A stretch of 21,539 nucleotides of DNA from contig NW_014577067.1 in the NCBI RefSeq assembly GCF_000485595.1, positions 235,563-257,101 on the forward strand, in the 5' to 3' direction. The translations under genes were made by a program, and so were the position numbers. The notes beneath the pieces were generated by a model. That model did not search any database. It was given only the letters and a program-made list of their open reading frames with translations, and was not told the DNA's origin. Shown piece after piece: positions 8,831 to 20,400 of this stretch (position 1 is the first letter of the stretch; the number at the start of each line of letters is the position of its first letter). Origin of the DNA: Priapulus caudatus (lineage: Eukaryota).

Positions 8831-11574
8831 CATATATTATGTCGGCAGCATATATAGAGGGCTATGATAGCCGTAAGCTATGCCGTAGATGTATGCTCGA
8901 TTCACTCCACTCGTTGTTGCCGCTGGGCATTGTCTGTAAGTACTATAAGTGAGTGGAGTGAAGCTAAAAGGACTACTAGCTAAGAAACCCAAGGGATCCT
9001 TCCACCAGTATTTAATTAACACGGTTTATTATCGCGTTTTAGAATGATTCGAGTTTAAATCGAGTAGCCGGTGAATATTCCGTTGAAGGTAGTATTTAAC
9101 TAACGTAAAGTATTGTCAATGCAGTGGTACCCTCTTTCCATCGCTAACATCGCATTAGAATTTTCATAAATAAAAGTGAGTCTGCTTTTATAGCCGGCGG
9201 CTATTTACAGAAGTTGGCGTATTTTAGCCAAATGCAATTTACTGAGCAGTCGGAACTAACGCGCGCGCACATACACACATATACGATGTGATTTGCTTAC
9301 CCTAGAGATTATCCGTCCGCTTTGTGTGGTTTCTACGAGTATATATCGAAACTTTATTCTGCCGACGGTCATGTGCAGCGTGCGAATTGTCCAGGACTTC
9401 TGCAAATAAACTACTCTATTTCCTGCTGCCGCCGCGACCACGCGCTGCGAGGGGATCACCTTTGTTTTTCTTGTCCTAGTTTACCGCAGATAAGCTGTCC
9501 TCCTCTCTCTCTCTCTGTCTCTGCGGTGACGTGCTACGGTGAAAGCTTTAAGATGCGGAACTTACTGCATATGTGTGGATGACACGCGTCTGTATAATAT
9601 ATAAGCAGATTTTAAAACATTTGTTTACCGTAAGAATTTCGTGTTGCTGTTCTTAAGCGAGTATATATATAGTGCGTTTCAGGTCGTTGAGTGAGCTAAG
9701 AAATGGGGGTTTTGGTTTTAAGATTACTGCGTTAATGCTGTAATAATTGACATTGTGGATGGATTTAAAGATTTAGATATTGGATATATACTGAATGTCA
9801 TACGGTTGTCATGTATTTAGAAAATATTACAATGTCGCATGCTTACATTCATGTATAATTGTACAATATTAGGACTTCGGGGAGACAGAACGTGTGTGAG
9901 AGCATCTTGATGTGTATATGGATGTCAATCAAGCTAAGATAGGTTGAGGCATACCGGGCTTACCAGCTATTCATGAAAATCCAGTTTACTCTTCATTATC
10001 GGCAGCAAAGTTTTGGTTGGGGTTGGCCGAATTACCTAACTTCGTAAAGAAAAAGATGTAGTAGGTCCACAAACTCACCTATAGGACCAGCATAATAGCT
10101 TTCTTACGTCTGGAATGCTGCGGTGTGCGCGCCTAATGCGCGAGGGGCGTGTGCTGCTATTTCATAGTTCGTTGTCGACACAGGTTATTCCCCCCTCTAC
10201 CTTCCTGCGCGCAATTCAAACATGGCCGACACCCCGCGGCTTCGAATAGATTCATGCCGATAAATGCTTTATAGCTCTTTATGCGCCACTCGGCAGCTTG
10301 GCCGAATTCGGCGTCGAGATATTTCTTTTATTAGACGCGACGCTTCTTTGTTCGCGGCCCCGTGTTGTATAAAGTACACGATGTGTGCTCGCAGAGGAAG
10401 CTCAAGACTGCGTTAAGGAGTCTTTGTGCTTGCTGCTGCCACTAGAAGGGTCGCCGTCATACACACGCCGCTGTCCGAAGACGGGAGTTTGAAGTGTTTT
10501 CTCACCTTTGGCTGGGATATGAAAACGTAATAGGTCGGCCTTTCATCGGCGCTTTTTTCTCTCGCTTTTCAATGCGTGATAATTGTATATCCGTGGAAAA
10601 CTTCATCTCTCTCGGGCGCGCGGAGAGGGTCGCTAAGTGGTGTGTCCGCCTATGTCGGACCGCCGTGCTTTCTTATCCCGTGACTGTATCCCCGAGGCGT
10701 AGTTGCTGTGGGGACGTCGTGTGTGTGCGTGAGTGTGTGGGGGAGGGGAGGCTGTATTCAGTCCAGGCTTGACCTCTAGAATGTAAGCCAGTAGCGCTGG
10801 CCAAGTGCGACACGTGGTGGGTGACACGGTTAGCTCGAATGTCTGTCTGTACGTCGCTATCCGTTCTAACTGACATGCCCTGCACCCTATAGTTAGCGAG
10901 TAATGTGCGGGTACGTGCTTTTTCCGTAACGGCAGTGCAATCATACAAGAAACCCAAGCCACGTTTATAGGTGATTGAGCAGCTATAAAAGAAATCTGTC
11001 TGCCTTCAGGGGACAGTGGGCTGTGTTTTTGCTGTCGGTCCTCGTATAGGTGTTTCTACGAAGATCGGCCCTCATATGCAACACGGTCTTTGTGTGGCTA
11101 GACGTGTTTATGTATTGCACATTGCTTCCTGTCCGTCGATCCCCTGACATATCCATTACCGAGACATGCGATTCATGGTGGCCCAGAAAGGGACTGTGCT
11201 GCCCAACGCTCTTGCTTACACGCTATCACGCGCAGTCTTCCCCGCTAGCTCTCAGACGCTTGCAGTAGTGTGTGGCCGGTGCGAAGGAGGGGAATGTTTA
11301 CCCTGCAACGCTATCCACGAGATGTGTTGGCTTTGACAAGTGGCTTGCCCGAAAAAATCTCCTTCTGGTTTCTCACACGCGCGGCTGGGGGGTGCGGGTG
11401 GTTGGGGGATGGGGGAGGAGTGCGTGTACACGTGTGGACAGCGGTTGTTTTAGCCGAGTACATTCGCATGTCGACTACTGCCGTTTACTGTGTCATGTGG
11501 TTCGACGTCTGGACACGTTAAATAAGCACTGTCTGATTCGAAAATAGTCGGCGCGGCAGCGGCACCCGCACATC

Positions 11575-11600
11575 GTGCTCGGAAGTTCATGGTTGCTCTC

Positions 11601-11641
<41 letters not shown>

Positions 11642-11750
11642 GTGGCAGGCAATTTGCCACCGCGTTTCTCCGCATCGTGCTGATCACATCGCGATAGCCG
11701 TGTTTACTTCCTGTTAGCAGCCTCCTATATACGCGCTGCGCATGCGCGCG
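11575..11750. promoter_or_regulatory. CpG-rich patch with ETS, overlapping FOX/ETS and NRF1-like motifs around a GAGA tract
   Basis: CGGAAGT 11580-11586; TGTTTACTTCCTGTT 11701-11715; TGCGCATGCGCG 11737-11748. Confidence 0.3.
11597..11640. repeat. (CT)n microsatellite
   Basis: Seen directly. Confidence 0.9.
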
Positions 11751-12689
11751 TACAATCACAGACAAAGACACGCTACAATCCCTGCTCATGCTAAACGAGA
11801 ATAAATGGTTTTAGCGCGGAATTCGTCGGTAATTGGCGCTCGCGTTTGTCTCGGCGACGTATTCTAATTGCTTGAAATATCGCCCGGCTATGCATTCTCG
11901 ATTAATTACGGTCGTGCATGCTTTCGTGCCTACAGTTCTGTCTGTCCGTGCTTTCAGCGCTTTCTGCTCGTCTGCCTTTATACCCTACTCTTCTGTACTC
12001 GATGTCTCTAACCCGCATGGGTAGTGGGTTGCATCGTGTTAGTGGTTATATATGTCGGGGTGTTCCTAATCACCGATTACATACAGCGTGTCATTAAGTT
12101 TACATTTGATGGAATGCCGCGCATTTATTAGCGTAAATTGCATCAAAAGCTCGGCCTCGGCATTCTCGTTTCTTTTTTTATACGTGGATATTTTATTGTT
12201 ATTTGCAGCTATGGGAATAGCTGTCATGTGTAATAGGCAGTTGTCGAACGTGTACTGCTGGGCGTGTGCGCAAAGGTTCAGTGTTTGAGCTGAAGTGGCT
12301 CTTTACTAACGAGATGTTTTAAAACATTCAAACTATGTGCACGTGGCGACCTCCGAACACTTCAAATGAGTTTTGTTGATGTTTGAACAGAAGAGAACCA
12401 AGCAACATTCTTTGGTTGTTGTTTCAAAGAATGTAGCTCTTGCCCCAGAGAAGGATACGTGTAATTCGTTCCTTCCTTCGCCGCACATTTACTCTGCTTT
12501 ACGGACAATGGCGGGCTGGTAAGTGACACGTTATTGCAGAAGATTTAAGACGGATAAAATTTCTTTTGTCCATTCCGTTGATTTTGTTTTGTATCTCGCC
12601 ACGTATGTTCATACATGTACATTAAATGTATATGTAACACTTGCGCCAATGTAGAGTATAAACAGTACGGAGTATGATAGCAGATTATT

Positions 12690-13109
12690 AGTAACATCCT
12701 ACATATATAGGTATATCCAGTGACTATCAGCTACATGAGGTCTCAGATAAACGAGCACAGCGCTTAAACGACGCATGTCCAAGTAACGTCCTACATATAG
12801 GTATATCCAGTGACTATCAGCTACATGAGGTCTCAGATAAACGAGCACAGCGCTTAAACGACGCATGTCCAAGTAACATCCTACATATAGGTATATCCAG
12901 TGACTATCAGCTACATGAGGTCTCAGATAAACGAGCACAGCGCTTAAACGACGCATGTCCAAGTAACATCCTACATATAGGTATATCCAGTGACTATCAG
13001 CTACATGAGGTCTCAGATAAACGAGCACAGCGCTTAAACGACGCATGTCCAAGTAACATCCTACATATAGGTATATCCAGTGACTATCAGCTACATGAGG
13101 TCTCAGATA
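12690..13109. repeat. 90-bp tandem repeat, about 4.6 visible copies, nearly identical, truncated by an assembly gap
   Basis: tgactatcagctacatgagg recurs at 12721, 12811, 12901, 12991 and 13081 (period 90). I see only one substitution (12788) and a 2-nt insertion in the first partial unit. Confidence 0.97.
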
Positions 13110-13425
13110 NNNNNNNNNNNNNNNNNNNNNNNNNNNNNNNNNNNNNNNNNNNNNNNNNNNNNNNNNNNNNNNNNNNNNNNNNNNNNNNNNNNNNNNNNNN
13201 NNNNNNNNNNNNNNNNNNNNNNNNNNNNNNNNNNNNNNNNNNNNNNNNNNNNNNNNNNNNNNNNNNNNNNNNNNNNNNNNNNNNNNNNNNNNNNNNNNNN
13301 NNNNNNNNNNNNNNNNNNNNNNNNNNNNNNNNNNNNNNNNNNNNNNNNNNNNNNNNNNNNNNNNNNNNNNNNNNNNNNNNNNNNNNNNNNNNNNNNNNNN
13401 NNNNNNNNNNNNNNNNNNNNNNNNN
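13110..13425. other. Assembly gap (316 N)
   Basis: Run of N between the 90-bp array and a (CT)n tract. Confidence 0.99.
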
Positions 13426-13496
<71 letters not shown>

Positions 13497-13499
13497 TCT

Positions 13500-13573
<74 letters not shown>

Positions 13574-13600
13574 CTCTCTGCTCTCTCTCTCTCTGTCTCT
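13426..13600. repeat. (CT)n microsatellite
   Basis: Seen directly, starting at the gap edge. Confidence 0.95.
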
Positions 13601-14280
13601 ACACCGCTCGCTGCGTTGTAAGTTAGAAGATGATATATTAGGGGGGGGGGCGGTTAGTGCTGAAATCCGACGTAATTAATGCGAGTTGCGTGACGTGCAG
13701 ACTTCGGAATGGATGTGCGAGGTTTTGCGCGCATTATTTAGCGGTAAAGACGCCCGTATAATTGCATTAACTCGCATTCTTTCGCCAGTTTCTCCGTGTC
13801 CTTTATGTCAGGCGTCACTCAATCGCACAAACATGGTGGCGCAGACTTCGCCAGTGCAGTCTCTCCTACCCACGGGCTGTGTACAGTTCTTTACTAATTT
13901 CATCTACGGATTTTCTTACTAATTACAGGCCGAACTCTAGACTCCAAATGCTATAGCGTATGTTTCACCCGTGTTGGATAAATCATTTCTTCGTTAGCAG
14001 GTATTTCCTTTAAGATATGTCATCATTGATTTTCTTTCAATATCTGGTGAATGTGGAGAGAACATTTCTACAAATCCGACTAATTCGTGAAGTGGAGATA
14101 AATAATTTAAGTAATTAATCAGTCATACATTAAACTAATGAAATCTGATATGGTATTGGAGCAGCTACTTTATCACCGCATCAGGCAGCAGCCTAATCAA
14201 TGGGATCATGATTTGCTTCCCAAACATGAAACCGCGACATCCGTCCTTGAAATTCGTTCTGCGCTGTGACGAGACACACA

Positions 14281-14432
14281 TTAAAGGTGCCCTATAGACC
14301 GGTCAATGTAAATAAACTGATACAAATTAATTACAAGTATTCAGTTCCTCTTAATCTCAATGACGAAAACTCAATGAATAAGCTAAGCCATTAGCTAAAG
14401 CTGTTTGTGGTGATGATATAGAACAGCTTTAA
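14281..14432. mobile_element. Possible short non-autonomous DNA transposon (Kolobok-like) flanked by TTAA
   Basis: Left end TTAAAGGTGCCCTATAG; right end reverse complement TTAAAGCTGTTCTATAT (13/17 identical including TTAA). TTAA target duplication with purine-purine termini is the Kolobok pattern. Confidence 0.35.
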
Positions 14433-15278
14433 GTTAGTGTTGAGAATTATTAATTATTATTTGGCCTACGCATGTGCTTTAATAAAATAAGCTACTAGTA
14501 TTTGATGGCAGTGTCACATATGTTAAAAAGTAACATGAGTGTAGTATTTGTAGGAGTTTTTATTTCAATTATTTTCGTAATATTGCTCGGCCCTGCTTGT
14601 TATCGCTGTAGCATTCTCGATCGCCATTTTAACGGGCATTTTGGCAAATTTGGTTCCTTTAAACTCGGTAATTCCAAGCTCGTAAAATCAGTGTAAATGA
14701 TGCTTTCTGGCAGAGGCCAGGTGCGGACAGCGAAAAGAAAGCTAGGCGCTGAAAGGAAAGGTAATATAGCTGCAATGGCTTGCCTCGGCGACTTATTCAT
14801 GCTACCTGTTGACATTGTCGGCCATTTTCACGCGTGGCTGAGTCAGACATTCTTTTGTGAAAAAAAATTATGTATTTCAATCGTGGCTCTCTTTGTATCT
14901 TCTCGGTACACGCCGTGCCCTTCTACAGAAATTCCCTTCTACAATGCGAAAAAGAATGCTTTAGTGGTATCTTTGTGCAGTGCTATTTATGCGTTCGCCA
15001 CGGTCCGGGCAAAGTGAGAGCATGTCTGAAAAAAATTTCGAGCAACTATTATTGGTGCGCCTGGTCCACAACCAGCAGAAAACGAACAGAGTGTGTGTAT
15101 CCAGTTTCTATTTTACGCATCGTTTTGTATTTGGTACATAAACAAGACAGTCCAACGCTAGTAAAGACTACACAACCGTTCATTGTGCATTGTTGTTCAT
15201 AGAATCACAGGATGACACTATTACAAGTTGTCACTTCAGTCAGTCATTCTGGAAGTGATTGTATTCATGCTACTCGTT

Positions 15279-15279
15279 G

Positions 15280-15319
<40 letters not shown>

Positions 15320-15348
15320 GGCGTGCGGGGGGCGTCCGTGCGTGCGTA
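15279..15348. repeat. (GCGT)n tetranucleotide microsatellite
   Basis: About 10 perfect GTGC units followed by degenerate copies. Confidence 0.9.
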
Positions 15349-16094
15349 CGTGTGCGCGTTTCTTTCTTTCTGATTGTCTCTGTCAGTCGCCGACATTGCT
15401 AGAATACATTTGTGTACAGACGTTTATTTTTTATCCGTAACAACTTTCCGAAGTAAAAACTCAGCAACGAAAACTACAAAATAATATTTCTAAAACAACA
15501 CAATGGGTGTGTCCGATCATATGATATTCGTGCTGATGTTCGGGCGGCAGAATTTATACTAAACGCACCCATGTATTTCTTGTGTTAATGATCTCAATCA
15601 GCCTACGCCTACGTGTACGTCTTGTCTGTGGAATGCAAATGTCCTGAAACTTAATCCATGCTATGTGTCGCGTGTATGACGACAAATATACGCATCAACA
15701 TGGAACTAGAGTATATAAGGCATAGTTTGACATGATTGCAGGCACCTTGTGGGATGTGTGGATAGCACCCACTGTAAAAGATATCGCAGTTGAATATCGA
15801 AACGAGACGTTGAAAGGCTTGCACACGATTTTCACTGTGTATAAATTCTCGCGATGGTTTTGCTCAGATCTCCATGACTAGAATTGGTACAAGCAAGATT
15901 TAGTGTACAGTTGAGTTGAAGGTGAACTATTGCTCTGTGATCGTTTACTATAACTTCACAGTGATTAATGCTCATACAGGCGCCGTCTCCTACATGCATG
16001 GTGCCCGTGTATATTGTAGGCAGCAGTATGGCAGTGTTGAGTATATTTCAGTGATTGATCTGAATAAATCGTGGTTTTCTATTTCTTATGGTAT

Positions 16095-16166
16095 CTTTCT
16101 CTCACTTTTCCTTCCTCTCTTTCTCCTTCTATATCTATCTCTCTCTCCCGCTCCCTCTCTCTTTCG

Positions 16167-16216
<50 letters not shown>

Positions 16217-16280
16217 CTCGTTTCCTCTTTCTCTCTCTCTCTCACTCTCTCTCTCTCTCTCTTTCCCTCCTCTTCTCTTG
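16095..16280. repeat. Compound (CT)n tract
   Basis: Seen directly; directly precedes copy 1 of the duplicated unit. Confidence 0.9.
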
Positions 16281-17290
16281 TATTCTCACGAGCTCATGCG
16301 ACCTCTGAAACCGCCGCATCTGAAGTCGGCCGAGGTCTGCAGGCCCTCGGCTGCAGGTCTCTATGACTTGCAGTTGAGTCTTGACGTTTTTAGTCTATAC
16401 CGATATCGATTAGTCGATTCTACGTTGAACGGGGTTCGTAAATATACTAATTCGTGTCGTGTATGTAATATAAGGATGAAGAGGGCTGCGCATTCAACTT
16501 GCGCTCGTTATATAGAACCAGCTTCCTCGGATGGACACATCGTCTAACTCGTTCTATTCAGATTATGATCGCGTGTCTTTGGTGGATGGGGACGGGGTTG
16601 CGGTCGCTCTCCGTGCTTACGCGTCGTCGGTACGGCGCATCGTCGCCGGTCGCGTGGAAGACGGCGAATTTAAAAGTGGAAAATTGCCGGCTTGATTTGC
16701 TGCGAAGATCGGCGTTACATTGGCCCACCAGTTTCGTCAATTCGCAACAATGGCGCCTGCGCAATATATGCCGGCTTATTCTGAACCAGATGGAGCATGT
16801 AAACTTCGTGTGTGGAGAACTCACGTGTTAGGGAGACGGCAAGTAGCTAAGCGATGATGGCCGGTCGGTTGGTGAGCTACGATGACACAGAATGGGGGAA
16901 CGGTGTGGGAGGTGTGGGAATCGCACGCCAGTTCGATGTAATAGTCGTAGATCTCGTTGGTCGCTTTACTGTATGTAGTTTGTACCTTAACTCAGTTTAT
17001 TCAATTGAAATAGTAGATATATTCGAGGAGCATGAAACATTTTTAAAGGGGAATCCCCGCGTAACGAGCAGGCGTGGTGTTTCACGCAGCCACGAAGTGC
17101 CGAGTCTCTCTCTATCTGCCCAGTGCAATTCGGAACGCCTACAACGTTAGCGAACGTCGTGAAATCGAGCGGGCTGGTATGCGCGGTGTGCAGACATAGC
17201 GAGGCCGGGTTTTGCGTGCCTCTCATCCGCGGGGAGAGCTTCTTCTCTCTCGCTTTAGCAGGTCGCTCGCCTGCGTCACGCTGGCGCGAC
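16262..17290 (+). repeat. Copy 1 of a ~1-kb duplicated segment (direct repeat of 20400-21380)
   Basis: Shared collinear blocks, e.g. tatgtaatataaggatgaaga, attgccggcttgatttgctgcgaagatcggcgttacattggcc, aaaggggaatccccgcgtaacgagcaggcgtgg, gggctggtatgcgcggtgtgcagacatagcgaggccgggt. Confidence 0.95.
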
Positions 17291-18596
17291 GTGGGGTAAG
17301 GAGGGAACCCGTCCCCCCGACACACTGCTGTGGCATAACGCGGCGGTGCGGTAAGGAGGGGAACCCCTGTCCCCCCCGCCACACTGCTGTGAGTTAGCGG
17401 GGCGGTGACGCGCGTAAGGACGCGAACCCGTCCCCCCCGCACACTGCTGTGATAACGGGGCGGTGGCGTAAGGAGGCGAACCCCGTCTCCCCCCCCGCAC
17501 ACTGCTGTGGATAACGGGCGGTGGGTTAAGGAGGGAACCACGTCCCCCCCCCGCACACTGACTGTGCATAAGCGCGCGTGGGTAAGGGAGGCGAACCCCG
17601 TTCCCCCCCGCCACTGCTGGTGACTAAACGGGGCCGGTGGGTAAGGAGCGGGCAGCGGGGAACCCCGTCCCCCCGCACACTGCGTGTGCATAACGGGCGC
17701 CCGTGGGTAAGGAGCGGAACCCCGTCCCCCCGCACACTGCTGTTGATAACGCGGCGAGTGGGTAAGGAGAGGGAACCCCGCCCACCCGCACACTGCTGTG
17801 ATAACGCGGCGTGCACAGGTAAGGAGGGGAACCCGTCTGCCCCCGCACACTGGCCTGTGTAACTGCGCGGTGGCGTAAGGAGGGAACCCCTCCCCCCGCC
17901 ACACTGCTGTGATAAACGGGCGGTGGTAAGGAGGGAACCCGTCTCCCCCCCCGCACAACTGCTGTCGGATAACTGGCAGGTGCAGTAAGGAACGGGAACC
18001 CCCGTCCCGCACACTTGCTGTGTGATAACGGGCGGTGGGGCGTAAGGAGGACACCCCGTCCCCCCCGCACACTGCTGTGATAACGCGCGGCGGTGGTAAG
18101 GACGGGAACCCCGATCCCCCCCCGCACACTTGCTGTGGCATAACGGTGCGGTGCGGTAAGGAGCGCGAACCCCGTCCCCCTGCACACTCTGTGATAACGG
18201 CGGTGAGGTAGGAGGGAAACCCCCGTCCCCCCGCCACAGGCTGTCGATAACGGGCGGGTGGGTAATGGGAGGGACCCCGTCCCCCCAGCCACACTGCTGT
18301 TTGATAACGGTGCGGGTGGTAAGGAGGGAAACCCGTCCCCCCCGCACACTGCTGGATTAACGGGCGGTGTGGGTCCTAAGGACGGGACGCCCGTCCCCCC
18401 GCACGACTGCTGCTGATAACGGGGCGGTGGGTAAGGAGGGAACCCCGTCCCCGCCACACTGCTGTGATAACGGGCGGTGGCCTGTAAGCTGGAGGGAACC
18501 CGTCCCCCCCCCGCACACTGCTGTGATCAACGGGCCGGTGGTAAAGCGACGGGAACCCGCCGTCCCCCCCCCCCGCACACTGCTGGTGATAACCGG
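17291..18596 (+). repeat. GC-rich 52-bp minisatellite, about 23 indel-ridden copies
   Basis: Consensus CGGTGGGTAAGGAGGGAACCCCGTCCCCCCCGCACACTGCTGTGATAACGGG; I count 23 units by hand, most longer than 52 nt because of scattered insertions. Confidence 0.95.
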
Positions 18597-18667
18597 GCTA
18601 ACATAAACAGAAACGCGACGCGGCTGCTTGTATCGCTTCATGCGATCATCGAGAGGCATCCGCGCTT

Positions 18668-18870
18668 CTCTCTCTCTACTGTCTTCATATATATATATAC
18701 TAATATATATATATATATATATATATTATATAAATATATATAGATATATCTATATATATCAGAGGGCCAGAGCAGAGAGAGAGAGAGAGAGAGAGAAATT
18801 AGATAGATATATATATATTACTAGTATCTCGCCCTCATCACTTTCTCGTCGATCTTTTTCTCTACTCGCG

Positions 18871-18912
<42 letters not shown>

Positions 18913-18945
18913 CATCTCACTGTTCCTCCCTCTATCTCTCTCTCG
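18668..18945. repeat. Compound (TA)n/(GA)n/(CT)n low-complexity region
   Basis: (TA)n about 18688-18759, (GA)n about 18774-18796, (CT)n about 18870-18945. Confidence 0.85.
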
Positions 18946-20347
18946 TATCTTTCTAGCAGCCTAGCACACGCGCGCGCACGATTCCCCGGAGGGATTCATG
19001 CGTCTGCGAGTGACGTCATCATCGATTGAGGAATGTATGTTTTATGACTCGATGTAAAAAACGTTTAATGAAGAGTTTGCAATGTGTGCCTCGACTGTTG
19101 CCATAAATTCCTGTAAGTATATAACGTTGATTCATGAAGACATACGGAGTCGAAACAAATGTAAGTATTAAGCCCTCGTACATCCTGGGCTTTCTCCCTG
19201 TTTAGTCGATTCATATAATCGAGGCGGCTTTCGATCTACTGTGAAACTCTAGGTTGTCGCTACAACACACTGTCGGCAACAACTAGGTCGGATACAACAC
19301 ACTGTGTCCGGTGGTAAATATGTGTGTGGCGTGTCTGGTGGTATATCTGGTCGGGAGGATGGGCTCACCGCTTTGCGGTTTACGGTTTTCCGCTCCCATA
19401 TTCGAACAGGTGCACGCGCCGCTTACGGCAACGTAACCGTCTCTAGTTATACGAGACTACTGTTAATACCGCTGCTAGAGCAGCTCACCCACGAAAATCC
19501 GCCCCTGTCGTGTTTCCAGCCGGTGTCCTATTTTTCCGGTAAAAAAACGCGCGTAGAAGTACGCGGTTCATTAACGGATCAGGGTTACTCTGAGACGCGC
19601 TTGATTAGAGAACCGGTGAGATGGTGTTGAGACAGAATTACGGCGAGGCCGCGACGTGTATGGCCGCAGGAAATACAGCCGTTATACCGAAGCGCCTTCA
19701 CGTTAGCCGGGTTTCTCATTCGTGTCGCATTCCTATCTTTTAATGGAAAACTTGTAGGGGGCGGAATATGTTTGGACGCCTTTGTTATAAAGTAATCGGA
19801 ATTTTGCTCGTCTCCTTGAATTACTATCTTTTTAAACACTTGTTTCCTGTCATCACAATGTCTTCTCGATAGAGAGTTAGTTAGAACTATTACTCGGAGT
19901 GTTGTCATGGGTCAGGTACTCGAAAAATGTAGGCTGTATTCGATTAGATAATAAATGCATTGAATTCAATTTAAACAAAGTTGTCGGTGAATCTGTAGCT
20001 TAACAGAATATAAGCTTGCCTGTGAATGTATTAAATTAATACAGATTTTATGTGATTCCCAGACACACACCGTTACGTGTGAGCGTAGATTTTTACGTTC
20101 ATTCATACGCGTGAGTGAAGCAAATGTGGCGTGTAACTACTACTTCCCGCACCGCATCGCGTCCACGTATCCCTGCCCTTACCCGCGCGTAAGATTTATT
20201 CTGTCCAGCTGTCGCGCATCATTAGCAGGCGTGCTTTTATCCACTCGTATATAAAACATAGCTGCTGCATACTGCTCGTTCTGTCGCCTCATCGTCAACA
20301 ACGCCCCGTTAAATTACCCGGTAAAAACCTCGACGTCCTTCGCATCG

Positions 20348-20352
<5 letters not shown>

Positions 20353-20386
<34 letters not shown>

Positions 20387-20400
20387 CTCTCTCTCTCTCT
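20353..20400. repeat. (TA)n followed by (CT)n microsatellite
   Basis: Seen directly; precedes copy 2 of the duplicated unit. Confidence 0.9.

Noticed and set aside
10436..10455. CTCF-like motif CCACTAGAAGGGTCGC
   Set aside because: Spacing departs from the CCACYAGRKGGCR core.
12020..12075. A-box-like TAGTGGTTA suggesting a tRNA or SINE
   Set aside because: No convincing B-box or cloverleaf.
12690..13109. CRISPR-like or hammerhead-containing array
   Set aside because: Units are contiguous and identical with no unique spacers, and neither strand has the CTGANGA...GAAA core.
13985..14006. Second AG|GT junction (ttcttcgttagcag|gtattt)
   Set aside because: Weak donor and short pyrimidine tract; expected by chance.
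17043..17060. TTAAAGGGGAATCCCC as a Kolobok-like terminus
   Set aside because: No matching opposite terminus in the window, and homology between the two copies continues on both sides of it.
16987..18457. 435, 277 and 273-aa minus-strand ORFs
   Set aside because: They lie in a 52-bp minisatellite (not a multiple of 3) with random indels; overlapping frames are all open because of base composition.
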